From assembly GCA_003229305.1 (NCBI GenBank), contig QIDH01000093.1, forward strand, positions 9,756 to 73,755: a stretch of DNA of 64,000 nt, written 5' to 3'. How positions within the stretch are numbered: position 1 is the first letter of the stretch; each line of letters starts with the position of its first letter. This document shows positions 28,725 through 38,242 of this stretch, in pieces. Below the pieces are notes generated by a model, which searched no databases, had not been told where the DNA came from, and saw nothing but the letters and a program-made list of their open reading frames with translations. Origin of the DNA: Acidimicrobiia bacterium (GTDB lineage Bacteria; Actinomycetota; Acidimicrobiia; Spongiisociales; Spongiisociaceae). A program made the position numbers and the translations under genes.

Positions 28725-29921
28725 CTAAGCAGGCGTTATCTCCGTCAAATTCTCTGCCCTTCCCAAGAACGAAGCCATCTGAGCTCGCGTCACGACCCCG
28801 AACGGATCGTAGAGGTTGTTGCCGATTCCCAGTGAGATGTCGGCGGCTGCGACCCGATTGATGTTGTCTTCGTGGATGTTGCCGGTGTCGTCCGTGAAGA
28901 AGTCGACGGTGGTGGCGTCCAAGGCATAGGCCCTCGCAAGGAACGATGCCATCTGTGCGCGGGTCACGACTCCGAACGGGTCGTAGAGGTTGTTGCCGAT
29001 TCCTAGTGAGATGTCGGCGGCTGCGACCCGATTGATGTTGTCCTCGTGGACATTTCCGTTGTCGTCTGTGAAAAAGTCCGTCGTGGTTGACGGAAGCCCT
29101 AGTGCCCTGGCGAGGAACGTCGCCATCTGTCCCCGGCTGACCGAATCGTTCGGACAGTAGAGGGTCGGGTCTGACGTCGAGCACCCTGCTGTGATGCCGG
29201 CGGCCGCGATTGCCTCGATCATGCCCTCATGCACATTGCCGTCGTCGTCTGAGAACGTTCCCTTGAACGTGCCATCTGGCAGGTCACCGTTGAAAAAGAA
29301 ATCTGCAATCTGCTGCCCGAAGGCCGCGCGGCCGGCCGTGTTCGGATGGCAGTTGTCCGCCTCGACCATGCTCGGCGTCAGGTCGACGGGGTCGAATGCG
29401 CGCTGTGCCCAGCCCTGGTCGACGGCCCAATCGGCCAGTTTGGAAGAGACAATGTCGGCGCTCGGTCCGGAAAGAGAGCAGTTCTCGGGGGCGTAGCCAT
29501 TGATCGGTGAGATCCACAACCGGACTGTCGGCATCCTCTTTCGGATCTCGCCGTATACGTACGTCATTCTGTCGTAGTCATCGGAAGTCGGGTCCGGGTC
29601 GGTCCCGGATCGAGAGCGGAGGCAAATGTTCCACCACACGTCGGTGGTGCCGGGGTTGGCGGCGATCATGGAGTCCCATTTGCTCCAGAGGTTGTTGGCG
29701 TTGGTTGCCCAATCGACCAGGGCTCCTCCGCCAAGTCCTGTGGTGTCTGTCCAGGCGTCCGAGCCGCCGATCTCGGCGTAGCCGACCATTGCACCGTTCG
29801 TCTGAGAGCAACCCCACGCACCTAGTAGGTCGACTTCGGCGCCAACCGCGGGGCCGATCGGGGCCCAGGCCAGCGTTGACATGACGGCGAAGACCACCGT
29901 CAAACTCCAATTGCGCCGCAT
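28725..29921 (-). CDS. Cell-surface protein: SGNH/GDSL-like hydrolase domain followed by three C-terminal SLH (S-layer homology) domains
   Basis: Signal peptide. C-terminal DxxH block (DNCHPNTAGRAAF) of the SGNH fold. Three ~58-aa SLH repeats (FTDDNGNVHEDNINRVAAADISLGIGNNLYDPFGVVTRAQMASFLARA...). Start set at the internal Met before the signal peptide. Confidence 0.7.
   Translation of the reverse strand: MRRNWSLTVVFAVMSTLAWAPIGPAVGAEVDLLGAWGCSQTNGAMVGYAEIGGSDAWTDTTGLGGGALVDWATNANNLWSKWDSMIAANPGTTDVWWNICLRSRSGTDPDPTSDDYDRMTYVYGEIRKRMPTVRLWISPINGYAPENCSLSGPSADIVSSKLADWAVDQGWAQRAFDPVDLTPSMVEADNCHPNTAGRAAFGQQIADFFFNGDLPDGTFKGTFSDDDGNVHEGMIEAIAAAGITAGCSTSDPTLYCPNDSVSRGQMATFLARALGLPSTTTDFFTDDNGNVHEDNINRVAAADISLGIGNNLYDPFGVVTRAQMASFLARAYALDATTVDFFTDDTGNIHEDNINRVAAADISLGIGNNLYDPFGVVTRAQMASFLGRAENLTEITPA
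28760..29107. repeat. 174-bp tandem direct repeat (two near-identical copies) encoding SLH domains
   Basis: The GCCATCTG anchor recurs at 28774 and 28948. The copies are >85% identical by eye. A third, degenerate copy follows at ~29108-29280. Confidence 0.6.
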
Positions 29922-30035
29922 GAAACCCTCCCGAGAAAATTGGTGCGCTGTCACGGACGTGTTGGCGTCCGCTCAGCCGGCCCTGCCCGGCCTACACCCC
30001 ACTCTCGCACCAGCCATGGTCTGACGTTTACTTCC

Positions 30036-31031
30036 TCAACCGTTGAACGGCTTGTTTTTTGGCCCTTTGCGAACGCAGGCGTTCCAAACGGTCTCGTAAT
30101 GGTCGACGTCATAAGCATCCACATGCGGTAGGACCATGGTCTCCCAGGCTCGGCGCAAGGGGTCTTCAGATGCGCTGAACATGCGGAGCCCGGCCGGTAC
30201 GCGATCGAGCACAGTCCTCAGACTCATCGGAGTTTCCACCCGTGAACCCGATTCGGAAGCCAAGAAGGATTCGTTCACCTCGGTGGCGAGTCTGCTCATG
30301 GCATCGACATACTCGTGCTCCAGGTGAGGGTAACGGGTGGTCAGCATCGCCGTTACCTGGTCCCCATCGGGGAAATCCTTCTCCCAGATGACCCATCTGT
30401 CGGCAAAGGCCTTGTTGAGGTTCTGAGTGCCCGCGTAGTCCCGTAGATCGGTCGGATTCATGGTGCCAAAGAGCCGGATGTCATCCCGGAGGGGGACGTG
30501 TTCGCCGGTGGGCAGATCGATGGCCTGATATCTGTCCATCAGACCGTGCAAAGCGAAGAGGGTCTCCGCTCCTGCCGCGTTGAGTTCAGACAGGTTCACC
30601 AGCGCAGGCCCCCGGAGGGCCCTTGTGATGTCGCCGTCTTCCCATCGGCTCTCCGTGCCTCCCATTCCGTCCCCGTAAAGTTTGACCGAACCGAGCAAGG
30701 TGATGTCTCTGACTTCGCCGGTCAGGGGGATCCGGTAGTACGGAAGTCGCATCAGAGCGGCGAATTGTTCTATGTCGTGATCTTTGCCGGTCCCCATGTG
30801 GCCCCTCACCGCCAGGTGTAGAACGACCTTGTCCGAGGGGTTGTCTCTTCTGACCTTTTCGACCTGGGCGAAGCGGTACAACATCCCCATGTCCAAGTAG
30901 TAGGGGTCTGGGCTTGGGATCTTTTTCTTGCGCGTTTTGTGGTCAGCGATTCCGGTGCCGACCTTGAACGTCGCGAGCGTGATCGGCTGTCCCTCGCCTG
31001 ACGGATCTTCGAATGTCACCTTGTCAGGCAT
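30036..31031 (-). CDS. AAA_5-family ATPase, CobS-like (cobaltochelatase subunit CobS homolog)
   Basis: Conserved CobS blocks (PDPYYL; VRGHMGTGKDHDIEQFAA as Walker A; LFGTMNP as sensor-1; GTQNLNKAFADRWVIW). The Walker A is atypical: GTGKD rather than GTGKS/T. Confidence 0.8.
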   Translation of the reverse strand: MPDKVTFEDPSGEGQPITLATFKVGTGIADHKTRKKKIPSPDPYYLDMGMLYRFAQVEKVRRDNPSDKVVLHLAVRGHMGTGKDHDIEQFAALMRLPYYRIPLTGEVRDITLLGSVKLYGDGMGGTESRWEDGDITRALRGPALVNLSELNAAGAETLFALHGLMDRYQAIDLPTGEHVPLRDDIRLFGTMNPTDLRDYAGTQNLNKAFADRWVIWEKDFPDGDQVTAMLTTRYPHLEHEYVDAMSRLATEVNESFLASESGSRVETPMSLRTVLDRVPAGLRMFSASEDPLRRAWETMVLPHVDAYDVDHYETVWNACVRKGPKNKPFNG

Positions 31032-33162
31032 TGCTGTGCTCCTTGATAGATGGTGTCCATGCTTGATTTTGGCGATGGCGGCCTGCTCTCATCCACCACG
31101 TGTCGTGGCCGAACATCGCCAGGCCGCGTCTGAGCGACATGCGCACGCCGTCGACCATCGCTTCGGTTAGTTCCTCTGGTCTGGCCACGACCCTGTTCCT
31201 TCCATAGGTTGCCTGGACGGTGTCGTCTCCGATACCGATCCCCAGGACGGTTGTGCCGGAGTGTTCGACCGCTTCCACGGCCCCGGCCAGCGATTCGACC
31301 GAGCCTCGCGTCATCCCGTCTGCCAGGACCACCAACACCCTGACCTCGGCCCTCGAGGCCGCCAGACGCTGCGCCGCATATGTGATGTTGAACTCGTCGA
31401 CGTTGGCTGCTTTTTCGAACATCGAAACCGGAGGGGTTTGGCGCGCTTGGCGTCTGGCGGCCTTGGTTGCCTCGGCCGGGCTCGCCGCAGCCCAAAACAA
31501 GCCGGCCATGACGTCTTGGCAGCGCCGCCAGGGTTCGTCGAATGTCGAAAGGAGGTAGTGGTTGACCGTGCTTGTCAACCGATCTGCCGCCGAACCCTGA
31601 GACTGGCGAAGCTCGGCGGTTGCCGAGTTCTTTCGTTTCCCGTATGACCATTCACTGTCATCGATCTGGGCGGCGAACGAGCGGTTGAACAAGGACACCT
31701 CGAATGACACCTGAAGCTGGTCACACATGGCCGCGAGGGTCCAGGCGCCGAGAATCGCCGCGGCGAGACCCCATGGCTGTCGATCGGTTGGGCCGGCCAG
31801 GCGCCTCGGTTGAAGCATTGACGCAGACGCGTCGACCAGGACGCTGACCGCGTATGAGCGTCTGGTCGAAGAAGTTCGACGCTCGAACATGCGCTCATAG
31901 AGCCCTGCCCCCAACAAGAGGGCGGCGTGGGGTGAAAGGTCACCTGCGTCGTAGCCGGATCGTAGGCCGCGCCTCTGATTGGCAATGAAAAGCGGGTGGA
32001 GCTCCCCAGCGATATGGCGGCTGTCGACCTTCCACTTCTTTGATGCTTTTTGGATAGCGGATCGTCCCTCGGGAGCGAACGTCCTGAAGGATATGGGGAT
32101 TCTCGCGACGAGAAGTTTGCCTCCCTGGCCAGATGGCAGGAAGATCGTCGGCGATTGGCTGACCCGCAGGATCTGGTCGGTGCCTTCGTTGGCCCCGACC
32201 TCCGCCTCGGCCTTCCGGCCTGTTTCGGCCGCCCTGGCCTCCGACGCCTTGCGGGTCTCGTCGTAGCTCTCCGCATCCTGCACGATCGGGCTGTGCAGGC
32301 GAATTCGGTCTACGCCTTCTGCAATCGCCTCTTGCTCGGCCTCCTCACGCAGCTTCTTGTTTGGTGCGGACTCCGGCGCGCTGGCCGAGGCGATGAGGTT
32401 GTGCATTCTGGCCACCACCAGGAGTTGCAGAGCCAGGCCGGCGACGTCCCACGGGTTGCTCGCCGTCGCCGCGGCCTCAATGAACGGCGTTGCATCGCCA
32501 AGGGCTGCCGCTGCCCTCGAATCCAGACGCTTTTCGAGTGTGTCGCGCTCGATGTAGTCGCCGGTGAGTAGAAACACTGCGAGGGCGAACTGCGACAACG
32601 CACCCGTGTTGGCGGCAGCTTCAGGGATCGCGGCTCGGTAGAGGTCAGCCAAAACCGAACGTGCTCCTGGATAAACGGACAAACCTTGCAATTCTTGACG
32701 GGCGTCTTCCAACGCAAAGAAGAGGGCCTCGGCTGGAGGGCCACCCGCCCGGTCCAGCGCCTCCAACAGCATCAGCTCCCGGTCCTCAGGCCCTTCCGAG
32801 TCCTTCGGTAACCACTCGGCCGGCAGGGGTCTGCGTTCCTCCAGATCGGTTGACACAAGATGAACGACCTCGTGAAGAGCTGAAGCGAGGGCGGTCTCTT
32901 CAGGAGTCACCGGCGCTCGTCGACCGTAGGCAGATTGAAACAGGCCAGGGTCGATGACGATTTCGTCATCGCTTGATTTGCTACCCGAGCCGAGGATGAC
33001 CCGCAAATTTTCTCGACCGGTCAACGATCTCGCGAAGCGTGCCACGGCTCCCGCCACCCGCTGATAGCGTCCGACGACCGACTCGATCGCGCGCTCTTCG
33101 GGGGCGAGAATCTCACTGAGAAACGAGCCGTTGCCTTGTGCCATAACCGTCCATTGTTGCAT
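31024..33162 (-). CDS. CobT-like protein with C-terminal von Willebrand factor A (vWA) domain
   Basis: Overlaps the cobS-like gene by 8 nt. The C-terminal vWA domain has a MIDAS (metal-ion-dependent adhesion site) DASAS motif (VSVLVDASASM...VLADGMT). The N-terminal region has an HExxH motif (ALHEVVHLV). Confidence 0.7.
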   Translation of the reverse strand: MQQWTVMAQGNGSFLSEILAPEERAIESVVGRYQRVAGAVARFARSLTGRENLRVILGSGSKSSDDEIVIDPGLFQSAYGRRAPVTPEETALASALHEVVHLVSTDLEERRPLPAEWLPKDSEGPEDRELMLLEALDRAGGPPAEALFFALEDARQELQGLSVYPGARSVLADLYRAAIPEAAANTGALSQFALAVFLLTGDYIERDTLEKRLDSRAAAALGDATPFIEAAATASNPWDVAGLALQLLVVARMHNLIASASAPESAPNKKLREEAEQEAIAEGVDRIRLHSPIVQDAESYDETRKASEARAAETGRKAEAEVGANEGTDQILRVSQSPTIFLPSGQGGKLLVARIPISFRTFAPEGRSAIQKASKKWKVDSRHIAGELHPLFIANQRRGLRSGYDAGDLSPHAALLLGAGLYERMFERRTSSTRRSYAVSVLVDASASMLQPRRLAGPTDRQPWGLAAAILGAWTLAAMCDQLQVSFEVSLFNRSFAAQIDDSEWSYGKRKNSATAELRQSQGSAADRLTSTVNHYLLSTFDEPWRRCQDVMAGLFWAAASPAEATKAARRQARQTPPVSMFEKAANVDEFNITYAAQRLAASRAEVRVLVVLADGMTRGSVESLAGAVEAVEHSGTTVLGIGIGDDTVQATYGRNRVVARPEELTEAMVDGVRMSLRRGLAMFGHDTWWMRAGRHRQNQAWTPSIKEHSNA

Positions 33163-33223
33163 GGTCAGGCATCCCTGGAGAAACGAAGGACCTATCTCGT
33201 TGGCCGCCCTTTGGTACGGTCAG

Positions 33224-34087
33224 ATGATGAGATCCACAACTTCTACGGTTCCCAACGCAGAGATCGACCTCCACGTAGTCGAGTGGGGAGATCCGAGCGC
33301 AGAGCTCGTAATTGCCCTGCACGGGTGGCCAGATTCATCAAGAGGCTGGAGCCATGTTGCGCCATTGCTGGCCGAACGCTTCAGGGTCATCACACCTGAC
33401 AACCGGGGATTCGGTTCGTCTTCAAAGCCGATCGGCACCGACCAGTATCGGATGGCCGAGCTGATCGGCGATGTTATGGCCATCGCAGACTGGGCGGAGG
33501 TGGAACGATTCCACCTGGTCGGGCACGATTTCGGGGCGGCGGTCACCTGGGCAGCGGCGAGTTTCGCACCTCAGCGGATCCGCAGGGCAGTCACCATGGC
33601 AGCCCCCCATGTACAGGTCATGCATCAGGCTGCTGGGAATCTGCGCCAGATCACCAAATCTACTTATACCTTCCTGATGAATATCGGCGAGGCAGGCGAA
33701 CGCCTCCTGATGGCCGAAGACTTCGGGCTGCTGGAGAGGTTTGTGTTCAGCGACGTCGCTGAGATCTCGATCGATGACCGGGAGGCCTACAAGGCCCAGT
33801 GGCGCCAACCTGGCGCATTCACGGCGATGGCAGAGTGGTATCGGGCTCACTTCACGCCTGACCTGCTCAATCCGGATATCGATATTCAACTGCCTACAGC
33901 GACAGTTCCCATCCGCTACTTGCACGGAGCCAAGGACTTCGCCTTCGTCCCATACCGCGAGATGGCGAACGCCGAATTCGTGGCTGCCGATTACGACGAG
34001 TTCGTGCTCGACACATCCCACTGGATGCTCTACGAGGCGCCAGAGCGTGTGGCGGAACTAGTGCTCGACTGGCTTGAGCGCGACTGA
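33224..34087 (+). CDS. Alpha/beta-fold hydrolase (epoxide hydrolase / haloalkane dehalogenase-like)
   Basis: HGWPDS oxyanion-hole block and nucleophile elbow (HLVGHDFGAAV). Start at an internal Met. Confidence 0.8.
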   Translation: MMRSTTSTVPNAEIDLHVVEWGDPSAELVIALHGWPDSSRGWSHVAPLLAERFRVITPDNRGFGSSSKPIGTDQYRMAELIGDVMAIADWAEVERFHLVGHDFGAAVTWAAASFAPQRIRRAVTMAAPHVQVMHQAAGNLRQITKSTYTFLMNIGEAGERLLMAEDFGLLERFVFSDVAEISIDDREAYKAQWRQPGAFTAMAEWYRAHFTPDLLNPDIDIQLPTATVPIRYLHGAKDFAFVPYREMANAEFVAADYDEFVLDTSHWMLYEAPERVAELVLDWLERD

Positions 34088-34099
34088 GCCTGACCCCCT

Positions 34100-34924
34100 T
34101 CAGGCGAGGACGCCAACCAACAGCGCCATCCCGGCGACGGCCAGAGCGACGCCGGTGCGGCGCAATTCGGCGTTGGGGCCGCGGGGTATTTTGAGCCAGA
34201 TGAACATAATGGCTGCACCGGCCAACAGACCCCCGAGGTGCGCCTGCCAGGCAATGCGCGGCACGATCAGGGGCAGCAACAGGTTGAGAGCCAGCAGTGA
34301 GACGATTCGTCTGAACTGGGCGTCGCCCGCCGCGGTGTGTCGGCTGCGGTACGAGGCGGCGACCAATGCGCCAAATAGACCGAAGATTGCTCCTGAAGCC
34401 CCGAGCGCCGCGCCAAACGCTCCGCCGAACAGGAGGAACGCGGCACCGCCGGCCAGGGCCGATGCAACATAAAGGGCGGCGAATGGGACGCTTCCGATCT
34501 GCCGTTCCAAAGATGGACCGAGTACCCACAGGACGTACATGTTGAAGCCGATGTGAATGAAGTTGGCGTGGAGAAACGCCGCAGTCAGCATCCGCCAGAT
34601 CTCACCATTGTGGATGTCTGGGTTGTACTGGATCAATGCCCGCTCGAACGCTGGACTGGTGCCCTGGGCCACGAAGGCGACAATCGTCAGCGCCAGGATG
34701 CCGGTTACGACCGGGGTGGAGGTGCGCATGTTGCGGGCGGTGATCACTCTGGCCCTTCCGACCGGACGAGAACATTCGGCGCACTTCTGGCCAACCGCCG
34801 CGTCGTGAGAGCACTCCGGGCATATCGGTTTGCCGCATTCAGTGCAAGAAAGCCCGGTTGGCCGATCGGGGTGCCTGTAACATACAGGGGTCGTCTCGAT
34901 CGGATCAATATGTTGGTCGTCCAC
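34100..34924 (-). CDS. Rhomboid-family intramembrane serine protease with N-terminal zinc-ribbon
   Basis: N-terminal CxxC...CxxC pairs. The rhomboid core has GASGAIFG (the GxSG catalytic Ser) and a downstream His-containing TM. Confidence 0.8.
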   Translation of the reverse strand: MDDQHIDPIETTPVCYRHPDRPTGLSCTECGKPICPECSHDAAVGQKCAECSRPVGRARVITARNMRTSTPVVTGILALTIVAFVAQGTSPAFERALIQYNPDIHNGEIWRMLTAAFLHANFIHIGFNMYVLWVLGPSLERQIGSVPFAALYVASALAGGAAFLLFGGAFGAALGASGAIFGLFGALVAASYRSRHTAAGDAQFRRIVSLLALNLLLPLIVPRIAWQAHLGGLLAGAAIMFIWLKIPRGPNAELRRTGVALAVAGMALLVGVLA

Positions 34925-35042
34925 GGGATGATTCTATGGCGTTTGGCGACTTCCACGTCAGCTCTTCGTCACAAGCGCCTCCTACGGGCCGTTTCCGCTC
35001 GCCGACGTTCGCAGATTCCCACCGCCGACCTAACATCGGTCG

Positions 35043-36296
35043 ATGCATGTTTCCACAACAACTCTCCCTTCAGGTCTGCGCGTCGTTTCCGAGCGGATCG
35101 CCGGTATTCGATCGGTGGCCGTCGGGTGCTGGGTTGACACCGGCACTCGAGATGAGAAAGGAAATGAGGCAGGCGCCTCCCACTTCCTCGAACACCTCTT
35201 GTTCAAGGGCTCCGAAAAGATGTCTGCTCGCTACATTTCAGAGACGTTCGATGCGATCGGTGCCCAATCGAACGCATTCACGTCCAAGGAGTACACCTGT
35301 TTTTGGGCCCGGCTGCTCGACACGGAACTCGACACGGGTTTGAACCTCCTGGCCGAGATGCTGCAACGTCCCGCGTTTCGGGTCGGCGAGATCGACTCCG
35401 AACGAAAGGTCGTCATCGAGGAGATCAACATGAACGAGGACGATCCCTCCGACGTGGCGGTCGAGGCGTTCTTCACTTCGCTGTTCGCCGGCCACGCTCT
35501 CGAACGCCCGGTGCTCGGCACCAAGGATTCGATCAACGAAATGACGCCGGAGGACATCTCCGGGTATTGGCAAAGACGTTACGGAACCGGCTCGACAGTT
35601 GTCGCGGTTGCCGGCAACGTGAGTCACGAACAGGCCGTCGAACTCGTCTCTACGCACTTCGGGGACTGGACTCGCGAGCCAGAGGCAGGACACGACCTGG
35701 AGTCGCCCTCCTTCGGCAGCACTGTAAACGTTGTTTCTCGTGAGACCGAACAGGCGCATCTGGTGATCGGAGGAGACTCGATTCACCGGACCGATGAGGG
35801 ACGGTACGCAGACGCGGTCATGCATCACATCCTGGGTGGCGGGATGTCATCTCGCCTTTTCCAGACGATCCGTGAAGAGAGGGGCCTTGCGTACGCGGTC
35901 CAGAGTTTTTCCATGCCTTTTGCCGAGACCGGAGCGTGGGCCGTGTACGTCGGGACCACGCCTGCCAGCGCCCACACGGTCCTCGATCTCGTCATCGCCG
36001 AAGTCGAACAGATGGCGGCCGATGGGGTCACGGATGAGGAATTGGAGCGGGCCAAAGGCCACATGCGTGGCTCGCTGGCGCTGTCCATGGAAGACACCAA
36101 CACTCGCATGACGCGGCTCGGTCGCGCCGAAATAATCGGCTTGCCTCATCTGAGCCTGGATGAGCGGCTGGCCAAAGTCGAGGCGATCACCGCAGAGGAC
36201 GTGAGGGGGATCGCGGCAGCGGTTCTCGAAGGGCCCAAGGCGCTGGGCGCGGTTGGACCCTTCGAAGCGCCAGATCTCGAACGGCACGTAGCATGA
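35043..36296 (+). CDS. M16-family zinc metallopeptidase (pitrilysin/insulinase-like)
   Basis: Inverted zinc-binding motif HFLEHLLFKG followed by a downstream Glu. Confidence 0.8.
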   Translation: MHVSTTTLPSGLRVVSERIAGIRSVAVGCWVDTGTRDEKGNEAGASHFLEHLLFKGSEKMSARYISETFDAIGAQSNAFTSKEYTCFWARLLDTELDTGLNLLAEMLQRPAFRVGEIDSERKVVIEEINMNEDDPSDVAVEAFFTSLFAGHALERPVLGTKDSINEMTPEDISGYWQRRYGTGSTVVAVAGNVSHEQAVELVSTHFGDWTREPEAGHDLESPSFGSTVNVVSRETEQAHLVIGGDSIHRTDEGRYADAVMHHILGGGMSSRLFQTIREERGLAYAVQSFSMPFAETGAWAVYVGTTPASAHTVLDLVIAEVEQMAADGVTDEELERAKGHMRGSLALSMEDTNTRMTRLGRAEIIGLPHLSLDERLAKVEAITAEDVRGIAAAVLEGPKALGAVGPFEAPDLERHVA

Positions 36297-37054
36297 TCAC
36301 AGTCGGTGTCTCTGGTGCGCCAGGCAAGATGGGTCGATTGACCGTAGCGGCTGTAGAGGAGGCGGACGGGCTGGAGATCGGCGGACTGTACGCTCCCGGC
36401 CATGGTGGAGAGTCGATCGGGACCTATGCCTGTTCGGACGATCCTGAGACTCTCAGCGGCTGTGAGGTGATCATCGAGTTCACCAACCCGGACGCAACCC
36501 AGGCCAACGTTGTGCAGTGGAGACAAAGCGGCGCGGACGTAATCGTCGGCACATCCGGATATACGAGCGAGCGCCTCGCTCAGCTCGCCGACGACTGGGT
36601 GGGTCTCGATTCTCGCTGTCTGGTTGTCCCCAATTTTGCGATTGGTGCGGTGCTGATGATGCGCTTCGCCGAACTTGCGGCTCCTCATTTTGAATCGGCC
36701 GAGATCATTGAGATGCACCACAAGTCCAAACCGGATGCGCCATCTGGGACTTCGCTACAGACGGCGGCGAGGATGGCGGCGGCCCGGTCAGGGTCAGCCC
36801 ACGACCGAGGGCTGGAGTTGGTGGCTGGTGCTTTAGGGGCAGATGTGGAAGGCGTGCCGATCCACTCGGTCCGTCTGCAAGGCTCGGTTGCTCACCAAGA
36901 GGTGATCTTGGGCACGACTGGCCAGTTCCTGACCATCCGCCACGACACCACCGACTACAAGGCCTTCGCCCCAGGCATAGTCCTTGCCATCAAGAACCGC
37001 ACCACGCTCCCCCAAGGCCTGACCATCGGCCTCGACTCCCTGCTGGGCGTTTAG
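36293..37054 (+). CDS. dapB: 4-hydroxy-tetrahydrodipicolinate reductase
   Basis: ATGA overlap with the M16 gene. Has GAPGKMGR (NAD(P)-binding motif) and EIIEMHHKSKPDAPSGT (the DapB catalytic His/Lys block). Confidence 0.9.
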   Translation: MITVGVSGAPGKMGRLTVAAVEEADGLEIGGLYAPGHGGESIGTYACSDDPETLSGCEVIIEFTNPDATQANVVQWRQSGADVIVGTSGYTSERLAQLADDWVGLDSRCLVVPNFAIGAVLMMRFAELAAPHFESAEIIEMHHKSKPDAPSGTSLQTAARMAAARSGSAHDRGLELVAGALGADVEGVPIHSVRLQGSVAHQEVILGTTGQFLTIRHDTTDYKAFAPGIVLAIKNRTTLPQGLTIGLDSLLGV

Positions 37055-37059
37055 TTTCC

Positions 37060-37135
37060 GAACCCTGGGTAGTACTCGGGGTTCCTGGTGTCGCTATAGC
37101 GACGTATTCTCTCCCGAGTTCGCCCGCTGCGACCC
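37060..37135. repeat. Partial copy of the GTCGCTATAGCGAC-containing repeat family, orientation H1-H2
   Basis: Has CCGAACCCTGGGTagtACtCgGGG...GGTGTCGCTATAGCGACG...TCCCGAGTTC. These blocks share order with the central part of the 11162..11358 element. Confidence 0.5.
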
Positions 37136-37172
37136 TCTTCCATCCCGGTTCGATAGGACGCACAATCCTCCT

Positions 37173-38099
37173 ATGGAACAGAGAGAAACCAACGCGCGCC
37201 ATCTGGCCAGCCAGAACAACGGATTGGTCTCGTTCGATGACCTGATTGAGATGGGCTACACAACATCGGCCATTCGCCACCGTGTGAACGCGGGTCGTTG
37301 GCGCAAGGTTGCTCAGCGTGTGTACGCCTTGAGCCCGCAGATAGACGGCATTGAGCCATGGTTGAGGGCGGCCGTGATGACGTTGCCAGGTGCGGTCGTC
37401 TCTCACGAGGCTGCGGCCGAGCTGTACGGCCTTGCGTCTGTGCCCCGGAAGGGCCCTGCGGTTACCGTCAATCGGTCTGGAACCCATTCATATTCGGTCG
37501 TGACCGTGCACCGAACGGAAGATCTCAGGACGAGTCATTGTGTGTACTTCAAGGGCTTTCCGACGACCACAGGCGCGAGAACAATTGTCGATCTCGCAGC
37601 GGTCATGCGGGCCGAACCATTCGAAAGAGCTCTCGATGCGGCCGTTTCGGCCCGGCTCGTGACGCTCCACGAAGTTCGCAACGTCATGGAGCAGATTGCA
37701 AGACGAGGAAAACCCGGCGTCGCGACTCTTCGCTATCTCCTGGACTTGCGTGAGTCGGAGCCGGAGGTGGGCCATTCGGAGCTCGAACGAAGGTTTGTGC
37801 GGTTGGTCCGAGATGCCGGCATCGCCTTGCCAGAAAGCCAAGCGACTGTCAGCTGGCTGGAACCATGGGAACGAGTGGATTTCGTCTACCGGGATTCACG
37901 GATAGCGATCGAACTCGATGGTCGTAGGTGGCATACCGACAGTGAGACCTGGGAGAGTGATCGGCGGCGTGACCAGAAGGCGGTTGCGGCTGGATGGACG
38001 CTGCTGCGTTTCACCTGGAAACAGGTCACAACCGAAGCTGAGATGGTCGATTCAACTCTGCGTTCAGTGCTCTCGAGGCAACGAACCCGGGTGTCATAG
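37173..38099 (+). CDS. AbiEi_4-like N-terminal domain plus DUF559 (Vsr-like endonuclease fold) protein
   Basis: N-terminal block (LVSFDDLIEMGYTTSAIRHRVNAGRWRKVAQRVYAL) and C-terminal DUF559 blocks (IAIELDGRRWH...DRRRDQ...GWTLLRF). Flanked by inverted copies of the palindromic repeat. Confidence 0.7.
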   Translation: MEQRETNARHLASQNNGLVSFDDLIEMGYTTSAIRHRVNAGRWRKVAQRVYALSPQIDGIEPWLRAAVMTLPGAVVSHEAAAELYGLASVPRKGPAVTVNRSGTHSYSVVTVHRTEDLRTSHCVYFKGFPTTTGARTIVDLAAVMRAEPFERALDAAVSARLVTLHEVRNVMEQIARRGKPGVATLRYLLDLRESEPEVGHSELERRFVRLVRDAGIALPESQATVSWLEPWERVDFVYRDSRIAIELDGRRWHTDSETWESDRRRDQKAVAAGWTLLRFTWKQVTTEAEMVDSTLRSVLSRQRTRVS

Positions 38100-38149
38100 C
38101 GCGCTACGAGGCGCGAATCTGGCTACCACTGCACTTTGGACTGTTCGTC

Positions 38150-38235
38150 GACCGATCCGTTATTGGGGCCCCCAGGGTCGCTATAGCGACTCAGGTAACC
38201 CTGGGTACAAGGCAACTCTTCGAGTTGCGTGGGTT
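38150..38235. repeat. Partial copy of the GTCGCTATAGCGAC-containing repeat family, orientation inverted relative to 37060..37135
   Basis: CCCAGGGTCGCTATAGCGACtcaggtaACCCTGGGTAC. The palindrome is followed by the CCCTGGGT arm, the reverse order of the upstream copy. Confidence 0.5.
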
Positions 38236-38242
38236 CGCCAGA

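Noticed and set aside
30036-33162. Possibility that the AAA/vWA pair is a MoxR-type chaperone or a phage-defence module.
   Set aside because: From recollection, the block-by-block similarity is to CobS (AAA_5), not to MoxR (AAA_3). No additional defence-like genes (nuclease, methylase, NTPase) flank it. Kept as CobS/CobT-like with caveats.
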